Assembly (NCBI GenBank): GCA_051546255.1
Contig: CP128816.1
Coordinates: 1,860,001-1,924,000, forward strand
DNA length: 64,000 nucleotides
Source of the DNA: Meyerozyma guilliermondii
Lineage: Eukaryota
Direction: 5' to 3'
Shown: one piece after another, positions 9,668 to 20,671 of the stretch
Numbering within the stretch: position 1 is the stretch's first letter
Layout: the number at the start of each line of letters is the position of its first letter
Program-made: the position numbers and the translations under genes
Notes under the pieces: generated by a model
Databases searched by the model: none
What the model was told of the DNA's origin: nothing
The model's input: only the letters and a program-made list of their open reading frames with translations

Positions 9668-12600
9668 ATGCCTGAGGTAGTAGAATCAACCATGAGTGAA
9701 GATGGTCGTAGCTCTGATGTTTCATCAGGCTCAGTGAGCAGATTGAAGAAATTGACTTCGGGTAAGTCTTGGGTATCACCATTCCGGGACTCCAGCAATA
9801 AATCCAAGAATCTTCGCAAGCAATTGAAGGAGGAAAACTCAATTGAACAAATCCATGTGCCTTCCAAGTTCGCCCTGCACCCTACGTTAGAGCAACAGAA
9901 GCGTAAGGAGCAAGAAAAGAAGAAAGCAGAGAAGCTTGCTTCCACCACGGCTTCCACCAAGTCGCTCAAAGACGAGCCAATTGACACTCCCAAAGCTGAC
10001 TCCGACGTGGAGCCGGTTGAAGATGGCGAGGAAGAGACGAAATCTGACGCCGAAGCCGATACAAAGGCGGTTACTCTCAAGGAAGACCCTACCGATGCTG
10101 AGGAGACGGCTGCGGCTGAGGCTGTAGACGACGATAAGGAGAAGGAGGACGACGAGGACAAAATTGAAGAGGAAAGTAAGGCTCCAGTAGACGAAGCTGA
10201 TGGAGAGGATGCTGCTGCCACTTCAGGTGAAATTGAAGCCAAGGAGGCTGCTGCTGCTCCTATTGACCTTGTTGTTCAACCAGAATCCAAGTACGAGCCA
10301 GTCCAGCTTCCCAGCCAGAAACATCTCGAAAAGCTCCAGGACAAACCGGTGCTCCTCAATCGTTACCAATTGCTCAATGCTGATGCAATCGGGTCTGTTT
10401 CAAAGACGTTGGATGACCCCAACAAGGTGGTAGATCTTGGAAGCGGCTTGAAGATGACCCAACAGCAATTGCTTGACATTGCCGCCAAGCGTGTTGCCCC
10501 TGTGTTGACCAACATCAACAACGAGGTCAGCAAGACGTTGAAGGAAGATGAGATTAAGCACCAGCAAGAGTTGGATAACAAGACTTCCACCCACAATAAG
10601 AAGTTGCAAGGTGAATTCGATAAGTTTTTCAAGAAATTGTCAAAGCAGAAGGAAAAGTACACTGCGGAGGTTGAAAACAAGCTCGAAGATTTGTCTCGTA
10701 TGATGAAGAATGCTGAAATTGCCGCCTTCAACTTCAAGACGCAAAACACTAAAGATATTGAGACTGCCAATGACGAGTACAAAGATCGCGAGGAAAAGGC
10801 TGTTACCAAGCATGAGACCGACAAGGAAACTTTGTTGAAGAACCATGATGAGTTGGAGGCCACCAAGAAGCAGGAATTAGAAGATGCCAAGACTAAGCAA
10901 GAGGAAGCCACTAAAGAAATTGAGGAATTGCAAGAGAAAAAGACAGTCTTGGACAACAAGAACCTGGAACTTTCCGATGAGATTGAAAAGTTGACCTCCG
11001 AGCTTAACGAAAAAGAAGCAGAGCTTGCCGACTTGAAGTCCAAACATGAAGAGAAGACTGCCATTGTTGAGAAGAATAGATCCACAAAAGAAGAATTAGA
11101 TCAAAAGATTGCAGCTTCCAAGACTTCTTTGGAGTCCAAAAAAGCCAAACATGCTGCTTTAGTTGCCACAGTTGCCGGTTTGGGGGCGACATTGCTGGCA
11201 TACTCGTCCAAGCTTACTGACTTGGGTCAGGAAAAAGAGCTTCGTGCTCAACGTTTGAAGGAGGCTAAACAGCACTATGCAAACTGGGAACAAGAGAAGG
11301 TTACTCTCGCCACCGAGGTTGCTCGTCGTAAAGAGAAGGAAAGATTAGAAGCCGAGGCAGAAGCCCAAGCTGAAAAGGAACGTCAGAAGAAGGCGCAGGA
11401 AGCGAAGGAGCAACAAGAGGCAGAAGAGAAGGCTAGAAAGGAGAAGGAAGAAGCCGAAGAACGGGAGAGAAAAGAGAAAGAAGAGGAAGAAGAGAGAGAG
11501 AGAAAGGCTAAGGAAGCAGATCCCGAGTATCAAAGGCAACTTCGTATTCAAGAGCGTGAGAAGGAGCAAGAAAGACTCTATGCTGAGCGCGATGAAAACG
11601 CCAGGTTGCACTCCGAAAGAAAACTGAAAGAGGAGAGCGAGGCTGCAAGGCTTCAAACTGAAATTGAGGAACTTCGGAATCAAAAGGATGAAAAGGCTCA
11701 ATTAGCTAGACAAGAAGCTGAACGTGTTGCACAGCTCAAGCTTGCTGAGATTGAAAAGTTGAAGAACGAGCATGACGAGCGTTTGAAGCTTATTCAGGAA
11801 AGAATCGATGTTGAAGAGTTACAAAAGAGTCGACTCTTGGAAGAAGTTGATAATTTGAGAAAGATTCGTGAGCTTCGTGAGGAGAAGGCTCGTTTGGCTA
11901 CTGAATTGGAGCGCGATGTTGAGATTAGTGATATTCAAAAACTCATCGAAGAGAGAGAGCTTGAGGTCACTAGATTGACCAAGCAAATTGAGTATGATGA
12001 TGCCGAGGCACGCAATTTTGCTGCTGCTGGCAAGCCTCAACTTCACTCATCCAAGGATGTCAGCGCTTCAGTTCCTGACAAGGTTCCTAAAGACGAAGCT
12101 GACTTGAAGGTGGGTGGTGTTGGTTCAAGCACTGGTGCTCCTGCCGTATTGCCTCCATTAAAGGAGAAAAAAGAAGTGAAAGAGCCAAAAAATGATACCA
12201 CAAAGGATAGTAAGCACCACAAGGGAGTTCTTGATGCTACTGCCGCTGGCGTCGGTGCTGGTGTTGGCGTCATTGGTGCAGGTGTTGCTGCTGTTGGCAC
12301 TACTGCTTCTGGTGTTAACAAGAGCGCTTCAGGTGCTGGTACCCTTTCTGGTTCTAAAAGCGGTCCTTCTGTTGGACGCAGTGGCAGTGGAAGCGATTCC
12401 GGACGCAGAAACAGTCTTCGTAATTCTTTCAAAAAGATCTTCAAGTCGGAAAAGTCTGAAAAGTCCGAAAAGAAACCAGTTAAGGAAACCAGTGCTGCAC
12501 CTATCAAGCAGCACAGTGAAAGTAAGGCAGTGAACATTGCCCATCAGCCTGCTGCTGCTGCCGAGAATAACTCTTCATCGGAGGAGACCTATTCTGTCTA

Positions 12601-12709
12601 CGAAGAAGTATCGGATGCCGAGTACGAGAAACACAAGGATGACCCTAATTATTTTGAAATAAGTGAGGACGAGTTCGAGAAGCACCGGGCATCTGCTTTA
12701 AAGCACTAG
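9668..12709 (+). CDS. Eisosome protein 1-like long coiled-coil protein
   Basis: VDLGSGLKMTQQQLLDIAAKRVAPVL resembles the Eis1-family motif, followed by E/K-rich coiled coils; first in-frame ATG 9668 (alternative 9692). Confidence 0.7.
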   Translation: MPEVVESTMSEDGRSSDVSSGSVSRLKKLTSGKSWVSPFRDSSNKSKNLRKQLKEENSIEQIHVPSKFALHPTLEQQKRKEQEKKKAEKLASTTASTKSLKDEPIDTPKADSDVEPVEDGEEETKSDAEADTKAVTLKEDPTDAEETAAAEAVDDDKEKEDDEDKIEEESKAPVDEADGEDAAATSGEIEAKEAAAAPIDLVVQPESKYEPVQLPSQKHLEKLQDKPVLLNRYQLLNADAIGSVSKTLDDPNKVVDLGSGLKMTQQQLLDIAAKRVAPVLTNINNEVSKTLKEDEIKHQQELDNKTSTHNKKLQGEFDKFFKKLSKQKEKYTAEVENKLEDLSRMMKNAEIAAFNFKTQNTKDIETANDEYKDREEKAVTKHETDKETLLKNHDELEATKKQELEDAKTKQEEATKEIEELQEKKTVLDNKNLELSDEIEKLTSELNEKEAELADLKSKHEEKTAIVEKNRSTKEELDQKIAASKTSLESKKAKHAALVATVAGLGATLLAYSSKLTDLGQEKELRAQRLKEAKQHYANWEQEKVTLATEVARRKEKERLEAEAEAQAEKERQKKAQEAKEQQEAEEKARKEKEEAEERERKEKEEEEERERKAKEADPEYQRQLRIQEREKEQERLYAERDENARLHSERKLKEESEAARLQTEIEELRNQKDEKAQLARQEAERVAQLKLAEIEKLKNEHDERLKLIQERIDVEELQKSRLLEEVDNLRKIRELREEKARLATELERDVEISDIQKLIEERELEVTRLTKQIEYDDAEARNFAAAGKPQLHSSKDVSASVPDKVPKDEADLKVGGVGSSTGAPAVLPPLKEKKEVKEPKNDTTKDSKHHKGVLDATAAGVGAGVGVIGAGVAAVGTTASGVNKSASGAGTLSGSKSGPSVGRSGSGSDSGRRNSLRNSFKKIFKSEKSEKSEKKPVKETSAAPIKQHSESKAVNIAHQPAAAAENNSSSEETYSVYEEVSDAEYEKHKDDPNYFEISEDEFEKHRASALKH

Positions 12710-12922
12710 TGTACTGTTATTGATGTATTGGAATATATGTAACATTTTGAGAATTACAAGCATAAATGGCATATCAAGTTTCAATTCTGCTTCAGGTATT
12801 AATGGAGATGTCTATAGGATATTTTTACTGTTATCGTGAAAATTTGGTATGTAGGGGGGATCTACGGATTATGATCATATGATTTTTGCATTCATTGTAT
12901 TCAACTTACTGAAGCATTGCGC

Positions 12923-14089
12923 TTACTTGGAGGTGTCAACAACGTATCTACCGACAATAGCACCCTTCTCCATCTCTTCGTAGATACGAGGAAGTTCACT
13001 CAAGCCAGCCAACTTGATTGGCGAGTGAACCAAACCTCTGGTAAAGAAGTCAATAGCCTCTCTGGTGTCAGCACGGTTACCGACGTAAGATCCACGGATA
13101 CTGATGGTCTTAACCACCGAGTCAAACACAGAAGCATTGACAGCAGCGTCAGCTGGAAGACCAACCAAAACAACGGTACCAGTTGGGCGAACGTAGTCAA
13201 CAGATTGTTGCATAGCCTGAGGAGAAACCGACACGTTGATAACACCGTGAGGACCACCATTGGTGATTTCCTGAATCTTGGCAACGACATCCTTGTCCTT
13301 GGTGAAATCAACGAAAGCATCAGCACCCAAAGACTTGGCGGACTTGGCCTTGTCGGCACCACCATCGATACCCACAACCAAGTAACCCATAGCTTTGGCG
13401 TATTGGACAGCAAGAGTTCCCAAACCACCACCGGCACCGGAAATGGCAACCCATTGACCTTGGGTAAGGTTGGCGGTTTTCAATGCCTTGTAGACAGTGA
13501 TACCAGCACACAAAATTGGAGCAACTTGAGCCAAGTCAGTTCCCTCAGGGATTCTGGCAGCCTGGATGTAGTCGGCGGTGGCGTACTCCTGGAAAGAACC
13601 ATCGTGGGTGTAACCAGACAAATCAGCTTGAGCACAATTGGATTCATGACCTCCATCACAGTACTCACAAGCTTGACAAGAACCGTTAAGCCACTTGATA
13701 CCAGCCAAGTCGCCGACTTTCCAGCCAACCACGTTTTCTCCCATTCCCACAACAACACCAGCACCCTCGTGACCACCCACAAGAGGAAGCTTGGTGTCCA
13801 ATGGCCAATCACCTTTCCAAGCGTGAAGATCGGTGTGACAAACACCCGAGTATTTGACGTTGATCAAAAGCTCATTGGGTTTTGGTTTTGGTACAGGAAT
13901 GTCGGTGTATTTCAATTCACCTCCATTGGTCTCGAAAATCACCGCCTTTTGCTTCTCGGGAATAGTGTAAGAAGCCAAAGTTCTGGCGATGCGCACACCG
14001 GCATTTGCTCTAAATACCGGAGCGGCCCTGAGCATGGGTGCGGTGCGAAGTTGCTGGCGAGCGATGTTGCGAATTGAAGTCTTAAGCAT
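12923..14089 (-). CDS. Zn-dependent alcohol dehydrogenase with mitochondrial presequence (Adh3-like)
   Basis: [23 protein letters not shown], structural Zn Cys cluster, GAGGGLG; about 40-aa Arg-rich, acid-free N-terminal extension. Confidence 0.93.
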   Translation of the reverse strand: MLKTSIRNIARQQLRTAPMLRAAPVFRANAGVRIARTLASYTIPEKQKAVIFETNGGELKYTDIPVPKPKPNELLINVKYSGVCHTDLHAWKGDWPLDTKLPLVGGHEGAGVVVGMGENVVGWKVGDLAGIKWLNGSCQACEYCDGGHESNCAQADLSGYTHDGSFQEYATADYIQAARIPEGTDLAQVAPILCAGITVYKALKTANLTQGQWVAISGAGGGLGTLAVQYAKAMGYLVVGIDGGADKAKSAKSLGADAFVDFTKDKDVVAKIQEITNGGPHGVINVSVSPQAMQQSVDYVRPTGTVVLVGLPADAAVNASVFDSVVKTISIRGSYVGNRADTREAIDFFTRGLVHSPIKLAGLSELPRIYEEMEKGAIVGRYVVDTSK

Positions 14090-14480
14090 GATGACTACTG
14101 ACGATTCACCATGTCATTCTACACATTTATATAGAAACTTGCTCGGGATTAGAAAGAGTGGAGAATATCAGGTGTCAAGAATCTCCGAGGTGGGGATCAC
14201 GGTTAGGCCCGACGCACTCACCCCACAGATCTTATCGCCGGTTTCACGTCAAACCTAAGCGATGAGATGCGAAACCACACTGGTGGTTATGGGGTGTATA
14301 TAAATGGCCCTGGGGTCAATGGGTTGGTTTTGGTGTTGTTTTGGTGTTGTTTTCCGTTGAAAATGACGCCTGCGGCTCCAATCACTGCATTAACGTGTCC
14401 AACCAATGGTCCTCACACTAGTGGGCTTATCTCCTGTATGCCCAGCTTCCCGTCGGACATAGCGACAGCTGACCGGAATT

Positions 14481-15554
14481 TCAGTCAAATTTGATTTTTT
14501 TGCCGGAAGATGGTACAATTGCAGCACTAGCACGTTGAGCTGTAGCAAGTGCGACAGAAGATTTCATTCTGCTTGCAACTGGCTCATGACGAGTACGGGT
14601 TCTAGCAGCGGTAGGTCTGCGCACGGCTGAAATTGGAGCTTGAGGCTCGGGTGTAGTCGGAACCTCACCAAATTCTTCCCCTCGGTTCTCTTTTCCTTCA
14701 AATCTTTTCGGAGTTCTTTTTGACCGGTCTTCACCGTATTCAAGTCTCAATGGCCGGTTGATGAGCTTTTTCGCTAATTTCGACTTGAGTGCAGTGGTGG
14801 GTCCGGTTTCGTCCTTGAAGTCGATGAACGCAAACCCTTTACACTTGCCGCTATCTTCAAACGTAGCCATTCGTATCTTGATTATCTCACCACAGTGTCT
14901 AAAATGTTCCTCTAGTAAATCGGATGTGGTGTCGAACGACAAATTACCAACAAACAAGATTCTCGATGGAGGATTCTTGGAGAGCGGTTTCTCTGGCCGG
15001 CCCTCAAACGAGCTAGCACTCTTTATAAGCATTCGCCGGCCATTAAGATGACCTTCACTCAATGCGACTACAGCGTCAACGTGTGCACTGCTTGGAAGAT
15101 CGATGTATGCAAAACCTTTGATTTTTCCGTCTTTTTTAGGTATGTTGACTCGACTCATATCCTCTTCAGTAACCTTGGGCTCGCTGTCTTCGGTCTTGCT
15201 CACTATATAGCGAACAAGATCTTCTTTGGTGGTGTCAAACGAGAGGTTTCCAACCCACACTCCAAATTCAGATTTCTTCTTTTCCTTCTCAGATTCTTCC
15301 TCATTCTCGGGCTTGGGAGCGGGGTGCTTTTTGTCGAGCTTGTCTAGGTTAAGCTTACCCTTCTTGAGCAATCTCTGTTGTTTCTTGGACAATGGAACTC
15401 TCGCACTCAAGTCGATTTCAAGCTCGTCATTTTCTTCATTTTCGCTTGAGTCTTTCTCCACAGAAGTGTCTACCTTTCTACGCTTCGACTCCTTGAGTTC
15501 CTTAGCCGCTCTCTTCCTCTCCTTTTTCTCCTTTTTACTCTCACTACTATCCAT
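14481..15554 (-). CDS. NOP13: Nucleolar two-RRM protein
   Basis: VWVGNLSF...KGFAYIDL and ILFVGNLSF...KGFAFIDF RRMs, K/E-rich N-terminus; likely ATG at 15554. Confidence 0.88.
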   Translation of the reverse strand: MDSSESKKEKKERKRAAKELKESKRRKVDTSVEKDSSENEENDELEIDLSARVPLSKKQQRLLKKGKLNLDKLDKKHPAPKPENEEESEKEKKKSEFGVWVGNLSFDTTKEDLVRYIVSKTEDSEPKVTEEDMSRVNIPKKDGKIKGFAYIDLPSSAHVDAVVALSEGHLNGRRMLIKSASSFEGRPEKPLSKNPPSRILFVGNLSFDTTSDLLEEHFRHCGEIIKIRMATFEDSGKCKGFAFIDFKDETGPTTALKSKLAKKLINRPLRLEYGEDRSKRTPKRFEGKENRGEEFGEVPTTPEPQAPISAVRRPTAARTRTRHEPVASRMKSSVALATAQRASAAIVPSSGKKIKFD

Positions 15555-15557
15555 GGT

Positions 15558-15583
15558 GATTTTTTCAATTCTCATCTCATCGC
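15558..15583 (-). promoter_or_regulatory. RRPE-like plus PAC elements upstream of NOP13
   Basis: GATTTTTTCA (TGAAAAAATC on - strand) and CTCATCGC (GCGATGAG); both typical of ribosome-biogenesis genes. Confidence 0.6.
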
Positions 15584-15658
15584 ATCTCGATGCGAATACT
15601 GTGGGGGAGAATCCTGTAGATAAAGAAAAGTTCAATCATGTAATCATTAATACCTAGT

Positions 15659-17344
15659 CTACTCGTTATCGACTGCTTCCAGCCAAAACCATTTTCGCCA
15701 AAGCTCTCCAGCTTCATTCACAACGTTATCCATGAAATCGTATCGGCGACTATTAGCATTATCATTTGTGATGATCTGACTGCCTCCATCACTATTGCTG
15801 GCTTCGCTGCTAACACTGCCATTCCCATTGTCTTCCTCTTTTTCCTTTTCCATCTTCATTTGCTTGTACTTTTGATACCTGGTAGTATAGTTGTAAGACT
15901 TGGTTGGTAACCGTGACAAGAATTGACGAATCTCATGCTGGTCAAGTTCTACTAAAGTGCCTTCCTTCGACTTGAGCAATGCAAGTGATATGAAGACGAG
16001 CTCAATGTGTGGGTCAAGCCGTGAAAATGGGATGTTCATATCATCTATCCCTTCCGATAATGATGTGGAAGATGACGACAGCCTTCTCGTAGGTGTCAAT
16101 AACGGCGACGTACTTTCCAGTGGCAGATTTGTATTGGAACTGCTGGCCGATATGTTGGCCATCGATAGACCATGGAGTAAGTCCTTGAAAGAATCAGATT
16201 TCTTGAACTCGTCGGGCTCTCCACGTTCATCTACCGTCTCTTCATCATGTTGGCTCACCGACCAAAACACATCGGGACCCAATTTTTCTAATTGATGCTT
16301 AGTCAACTTCAACTTGTCTTGGTAATAGGCAGTGCTCTTCTTAGGATTCTGTAATCTCCATCCTAAAATCATGTCCCATATCCTGCCACGGTCCATCCGA
16401 GACCATACTTTGGAACCACACCACTTGAGCCACCATATGAGCCATTCGTCGTCATTGCTTCCAAACTTGTTAAGTATCTGCTCTTCTTGAAAATAGTCTG
16501 ACAATTCTGGTAGGAGCTTACGAAGACAGTAAATGAAAAAAGAAACCCGATCTTCGATAGTACCACCATTAAGAGGTAAAGTAGTTTTGTTAACTTTTGA
16601 AGATGGAGAACGTGTGCGATTCTCGGGCGAATGCAACAAGACCAAGACTAATCTTTCAAACACATCCAGAAACTTCATTTGAGGAGACGCAATAACATCG
16701 TTCAAATAGTCCTCAAGGTCAGGAACATTCTCGATATAAGTGGAGTACTCATCCATGATATTGGTGATGTACAAGTTGTCCGATGAAGAAACATCTCTTC
16801 CAATAAGCACCCAGTGTGTGTTCTCGATTGGTGGAAGCCACTCAGCAAGCCCTAATGCTATCCAGGTAATTGCTTGGTCGTATTTTATGATCTTTCCCCA
16901 TTTTTTTACAAACTTGAAAATTGCTTTCTCTAACACTTCAAGCATTTCCATCTCGATCTCATTGATATCTGGCGATGAGTTGTACTTTAAACGTTGCACG
17001 TACTTCTTAAGATCTTTCTTGATATTAAAGCGAATGTCCTCGTCATTGAGCTGGCCCTCGGCTCGATCGTCCTGGTCTGAGTCATGTTTAGGTTTGTTCA
17101 ATACGTCATTATCAGGTTGAAGGAAAGGATTGAGGACAAAAGGGTGATGTTTCAAAAGAATAGGCCAAATTCTTAAACGGAGGAATGGAGGAAGTCCCTT
17201 CTGGCGAGCAATTAATGCAAGGCCGTGATAGTTGTTCTCCTCCAAGTATCGTGTGCAGAGTTTGAAAATGTCTGCATCGAAACGAAACGACGGCTTTCGG
17301 TTCTCAGAAGCCGCAACCGGGTCACGCGGCAGTTGTTCTGACAT
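15659..17344 (-). CDS. OCA5: Oca5 (TBC/Rab-GAP-like fold protein)
   Basis: LALIARQKGLPPFLRLRIWPILLKHHPFV and DRGRIWDMILGWR motifs. Confidence 0.8.
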   Translation of the reverse strand: MSEQLPRDPVAASENRKPSFRFDADIFKLCTRYLEENNYHGLALIARQKGLPPFLRLRIWPILLKHHPFVLNPFLQPDNDVLNKPKHDSDQDDRAEGQLNDEDIRFNIKKDLKKYVQRLKYNSSPDINEIEMEMLEVLEKAIFKFVKKWGKIIKYDQAITWIALGLAEWLPPIENTHWVLIGRDVSSSDNLYITNIMDEYSTYIENVPDLEDYLNDVIASPQMKFLDVFERLVLVLLHSPENRTRSPSSKVNKTTLPLNGGTIEDRVSFFIYCLRKLLPELSDYFQEEQILNKFGSNDDEWLIWWLKWCGSKVWSRMDRGRIWDMILGWRLQNPKKSTAYYQDKLKLTKHQLEKLGPDVFWSVSQHDEETVDERGEPDEFKKSDSFKDLLHGLSMANISASSSNTNLPLESTSPLLTPTRRLSSSSTSLSEGIDDMNIPFSRLDPHIELVFISLALLKSKEGTLVELDQHEIRQFLSRLPTKSYNYTTRYQKYKQMKMEKEKEEDNGNGSVSSEASNSDGGSQIITNDNANSRRYDFMDNVVNEAGELWRKWFWLEAVDNE

Positions 17345-18017
17345 TGAAGATAGTTCAGGTGAATTTTCAGGCTTTTCTATCTCGAATTTGGTTCAAATAA
17401 AAATCAATACATCTTCCCCTTTCAACTAATAACAATAAATTTTTGACAAAATGATAAGATAAGCACTGGATTTGTAGCTTATGGGCGTCTCTTTGCTGAT
17501 ACTTGGATAGCTTTTTACTTTCAACTGTTTTTTCTCGGCACCGATAGATTTATTTCGCCCCTAAGGTTGAAGGACAATTTGGAAATAAGGTTCACTGGAA
17601 ATATTCGCTGATAAAAAGACCCACAAGCGATTAACAGATGTCGGAAATGTAGTTCAAGACCGAGAAACGGTGAAAACGACGAGTTTTAGGTGTTCAAAGA
17701 ACCGGCTGATCTGATCGATCCAATGTCTTATGATCACTTTCCTAAAGATTTTTTGGGCAGGTTTTGTGGCATGTTCGATACCGACATTTACGCTGGGTTC
17801 TGTAGATTACCGAGGTACGTCGGCCTCCGCGCCTGAAATTTTCGCAAGATGTAGTGCGACCCCTAATCGCGCGCAGTCATGTGCCGGCAACGCCGATGCA
17901 GGTCGGTTTCCGGAAGCTAGACTTACCGATCTGTCTTAACCATGCCGGTTAGGCCGTTTATTCCGAATTTGTATGATATATAGTTTTGAGCAAATAATTT
18001 ATAGAGAATCTTGCGAT

Positions 18018-18716
18018 ATGACTTTTTTGAGGTCCATTCGAAACTTGAATAGTTCTACCGAGCTACAAGTCAAGAGTGCTACCAGTAGTGATCCATTGGG
18101 TCCATATAATAATGACTTGGTTCAACTTTCAATGCTTACCTACAACTCCAAACTGTTGTCTATCATAGAATCGGTACTTGAAAAACAGCTTCGTAAATAT
18201 TCACCATCTTCGATTGCTTCACTGAAATTCTCCAACAATGAAAAGGGGTGGTTGATTCTACTCAAATCACTAACAGTGGTGATGTACTTATTACAAAATG
18301 GTTCCCCAGAATTTGTGTACTGGCTTAAAAGTTGCACCGCACTGGTTATAGCACCACTACACCGAGCAAAATTGCATTCAAACACAACTATGTATAAAGA
18401 TGCTATCAAATTCAAGATCGATAGTATCTACAAATTCTGTACTAATGATAACGAACTACAAAAACTTCGCACAAACATCCATGTTTACCGCGAGGATATG
18501 AGCATTCCCGGTGTCAAGCGCGCTAATACTACTTCCGCGGCAGACAATAGCAGTCGCAGATTGAAGCCTATAAAACGGTCGCGCACGGTAGAAATTCCTC
18601 GGACCGTAACCGCTCCATCATGGAATCCCGATAAAGTACCAAGTCCCCGCAATCATCTTCAGACCATTTCAGAGAACCGATCGGAAAATTCTGTGGACCG
18701 TACTATGTTTACGTGA
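18018..18716 (+). CDS. ENT4: ENTH-domain protein
   Basis: FLRSIRNL..STELQVKSATSSDPLGP...ILLKSLTVVMYLLQNGSPEFV; ATG 18018 favoured over 17973. Confidence 0.7.
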   Translation: MTFLRSIRNLNSSTELQVKSATSSDPLGPYNNDLVQLSMLTYNSKLLSIIESVLEKQLRKYSPSSIASLKFSNNEKGWLILLKSLTVVMYLLQNGSPEFVYWLKSCTALVIAPLHRAKLHSNTTMYKDAIKFKIDSIYKFCTNDNELQKLRTNIHVYREDMSIPGVKRANTTSAADNSSRRLKPIKRSRTVEIPRTVTAPSWNPDKVPSPRNHLQTISENRSENSVDRTMFT

Positions 18717-18817
18717 CGGCTAGAGGAACAGCAATTGACTTTGCACTATTTATTCCGCAATTGAATTTGCATTTATTTTTAATCTTTTTGCAACTACTTT
18801 TTGCAACTCCACAAATT

Positions 18818-18858
18818 GCTGCACGAAGGCTGCACGAAAGCTGCACGAAAGGCTGCAA
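18818..18858. repeat. About 3.5 copies of an 11-12 bp unit GCTGCACGAA(A/G) upstream of UBI4
   Basis: gctgcacgaag gctgcacgaaa gctgcacgaaag gctgcaa. Confidence 0.85.
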
Positions 18859-18996
18859 GCCCAAACTAATCGCCATTGTGCAGGACACAACTCGTGAGTC
18901 TTTGGCCACTTAATGTGTCTATTGCACCCAATTGTATATACTTTAGATCAATTCTACAAGGCTTGGTTGTCTATGTGAATGACCGTTTGCGGCAAA

Positions 18997-19150
18997 AGGG
19001 GCTACAAGCTGCATCTCGTCAACTTTGTTTTTACAGGAATTTCTTTTTGTTCGACACATCCCTACACCCCGCATTTCTTTTTTGCTCCGTGCGTGATTTA
19101 TCAGCTCTTTCCTGCGTATAGCCCCTTATCCTACGCAAATATAAAAGGGG
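18997..19150 (+). promoter_or_regulatory. UBI4 promoter: three STRE-like sites and a TATA box
   Basis: AGGGG 18997, CCCCT 19122, TATAAA 19140, AGGGG 19146. Confidence 0.5.
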
Positions 19151-19225
19151 CGACTTTGCCACAGCCAGCAGTACAAGTTATCACAAATAAATCTCGGTGA
19201 AACATTATTTTATTGAGAGAAATAG

Positions 19226-20611
<1,386 letters not shown>

Positions 20612-20671
20612 ATAGATTAATGCAATGATTAATATATTTTAACCATTAAAGCTGCTTGTATTTGTCTATAT

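Noticed and set aside
9619..12537. Several 100-240 aa Ser/Leu/Phe-rich ORFs antisense to the Eis1-like gene
   Set aside because: Shadows of E/K-rich coiled-coil codons
12917..14077. 386-aa ORF antisense to ADH
   Set aside because: TTG start; mirror frames stay open when the sense gene avoids TTA/CTA/TCA codons
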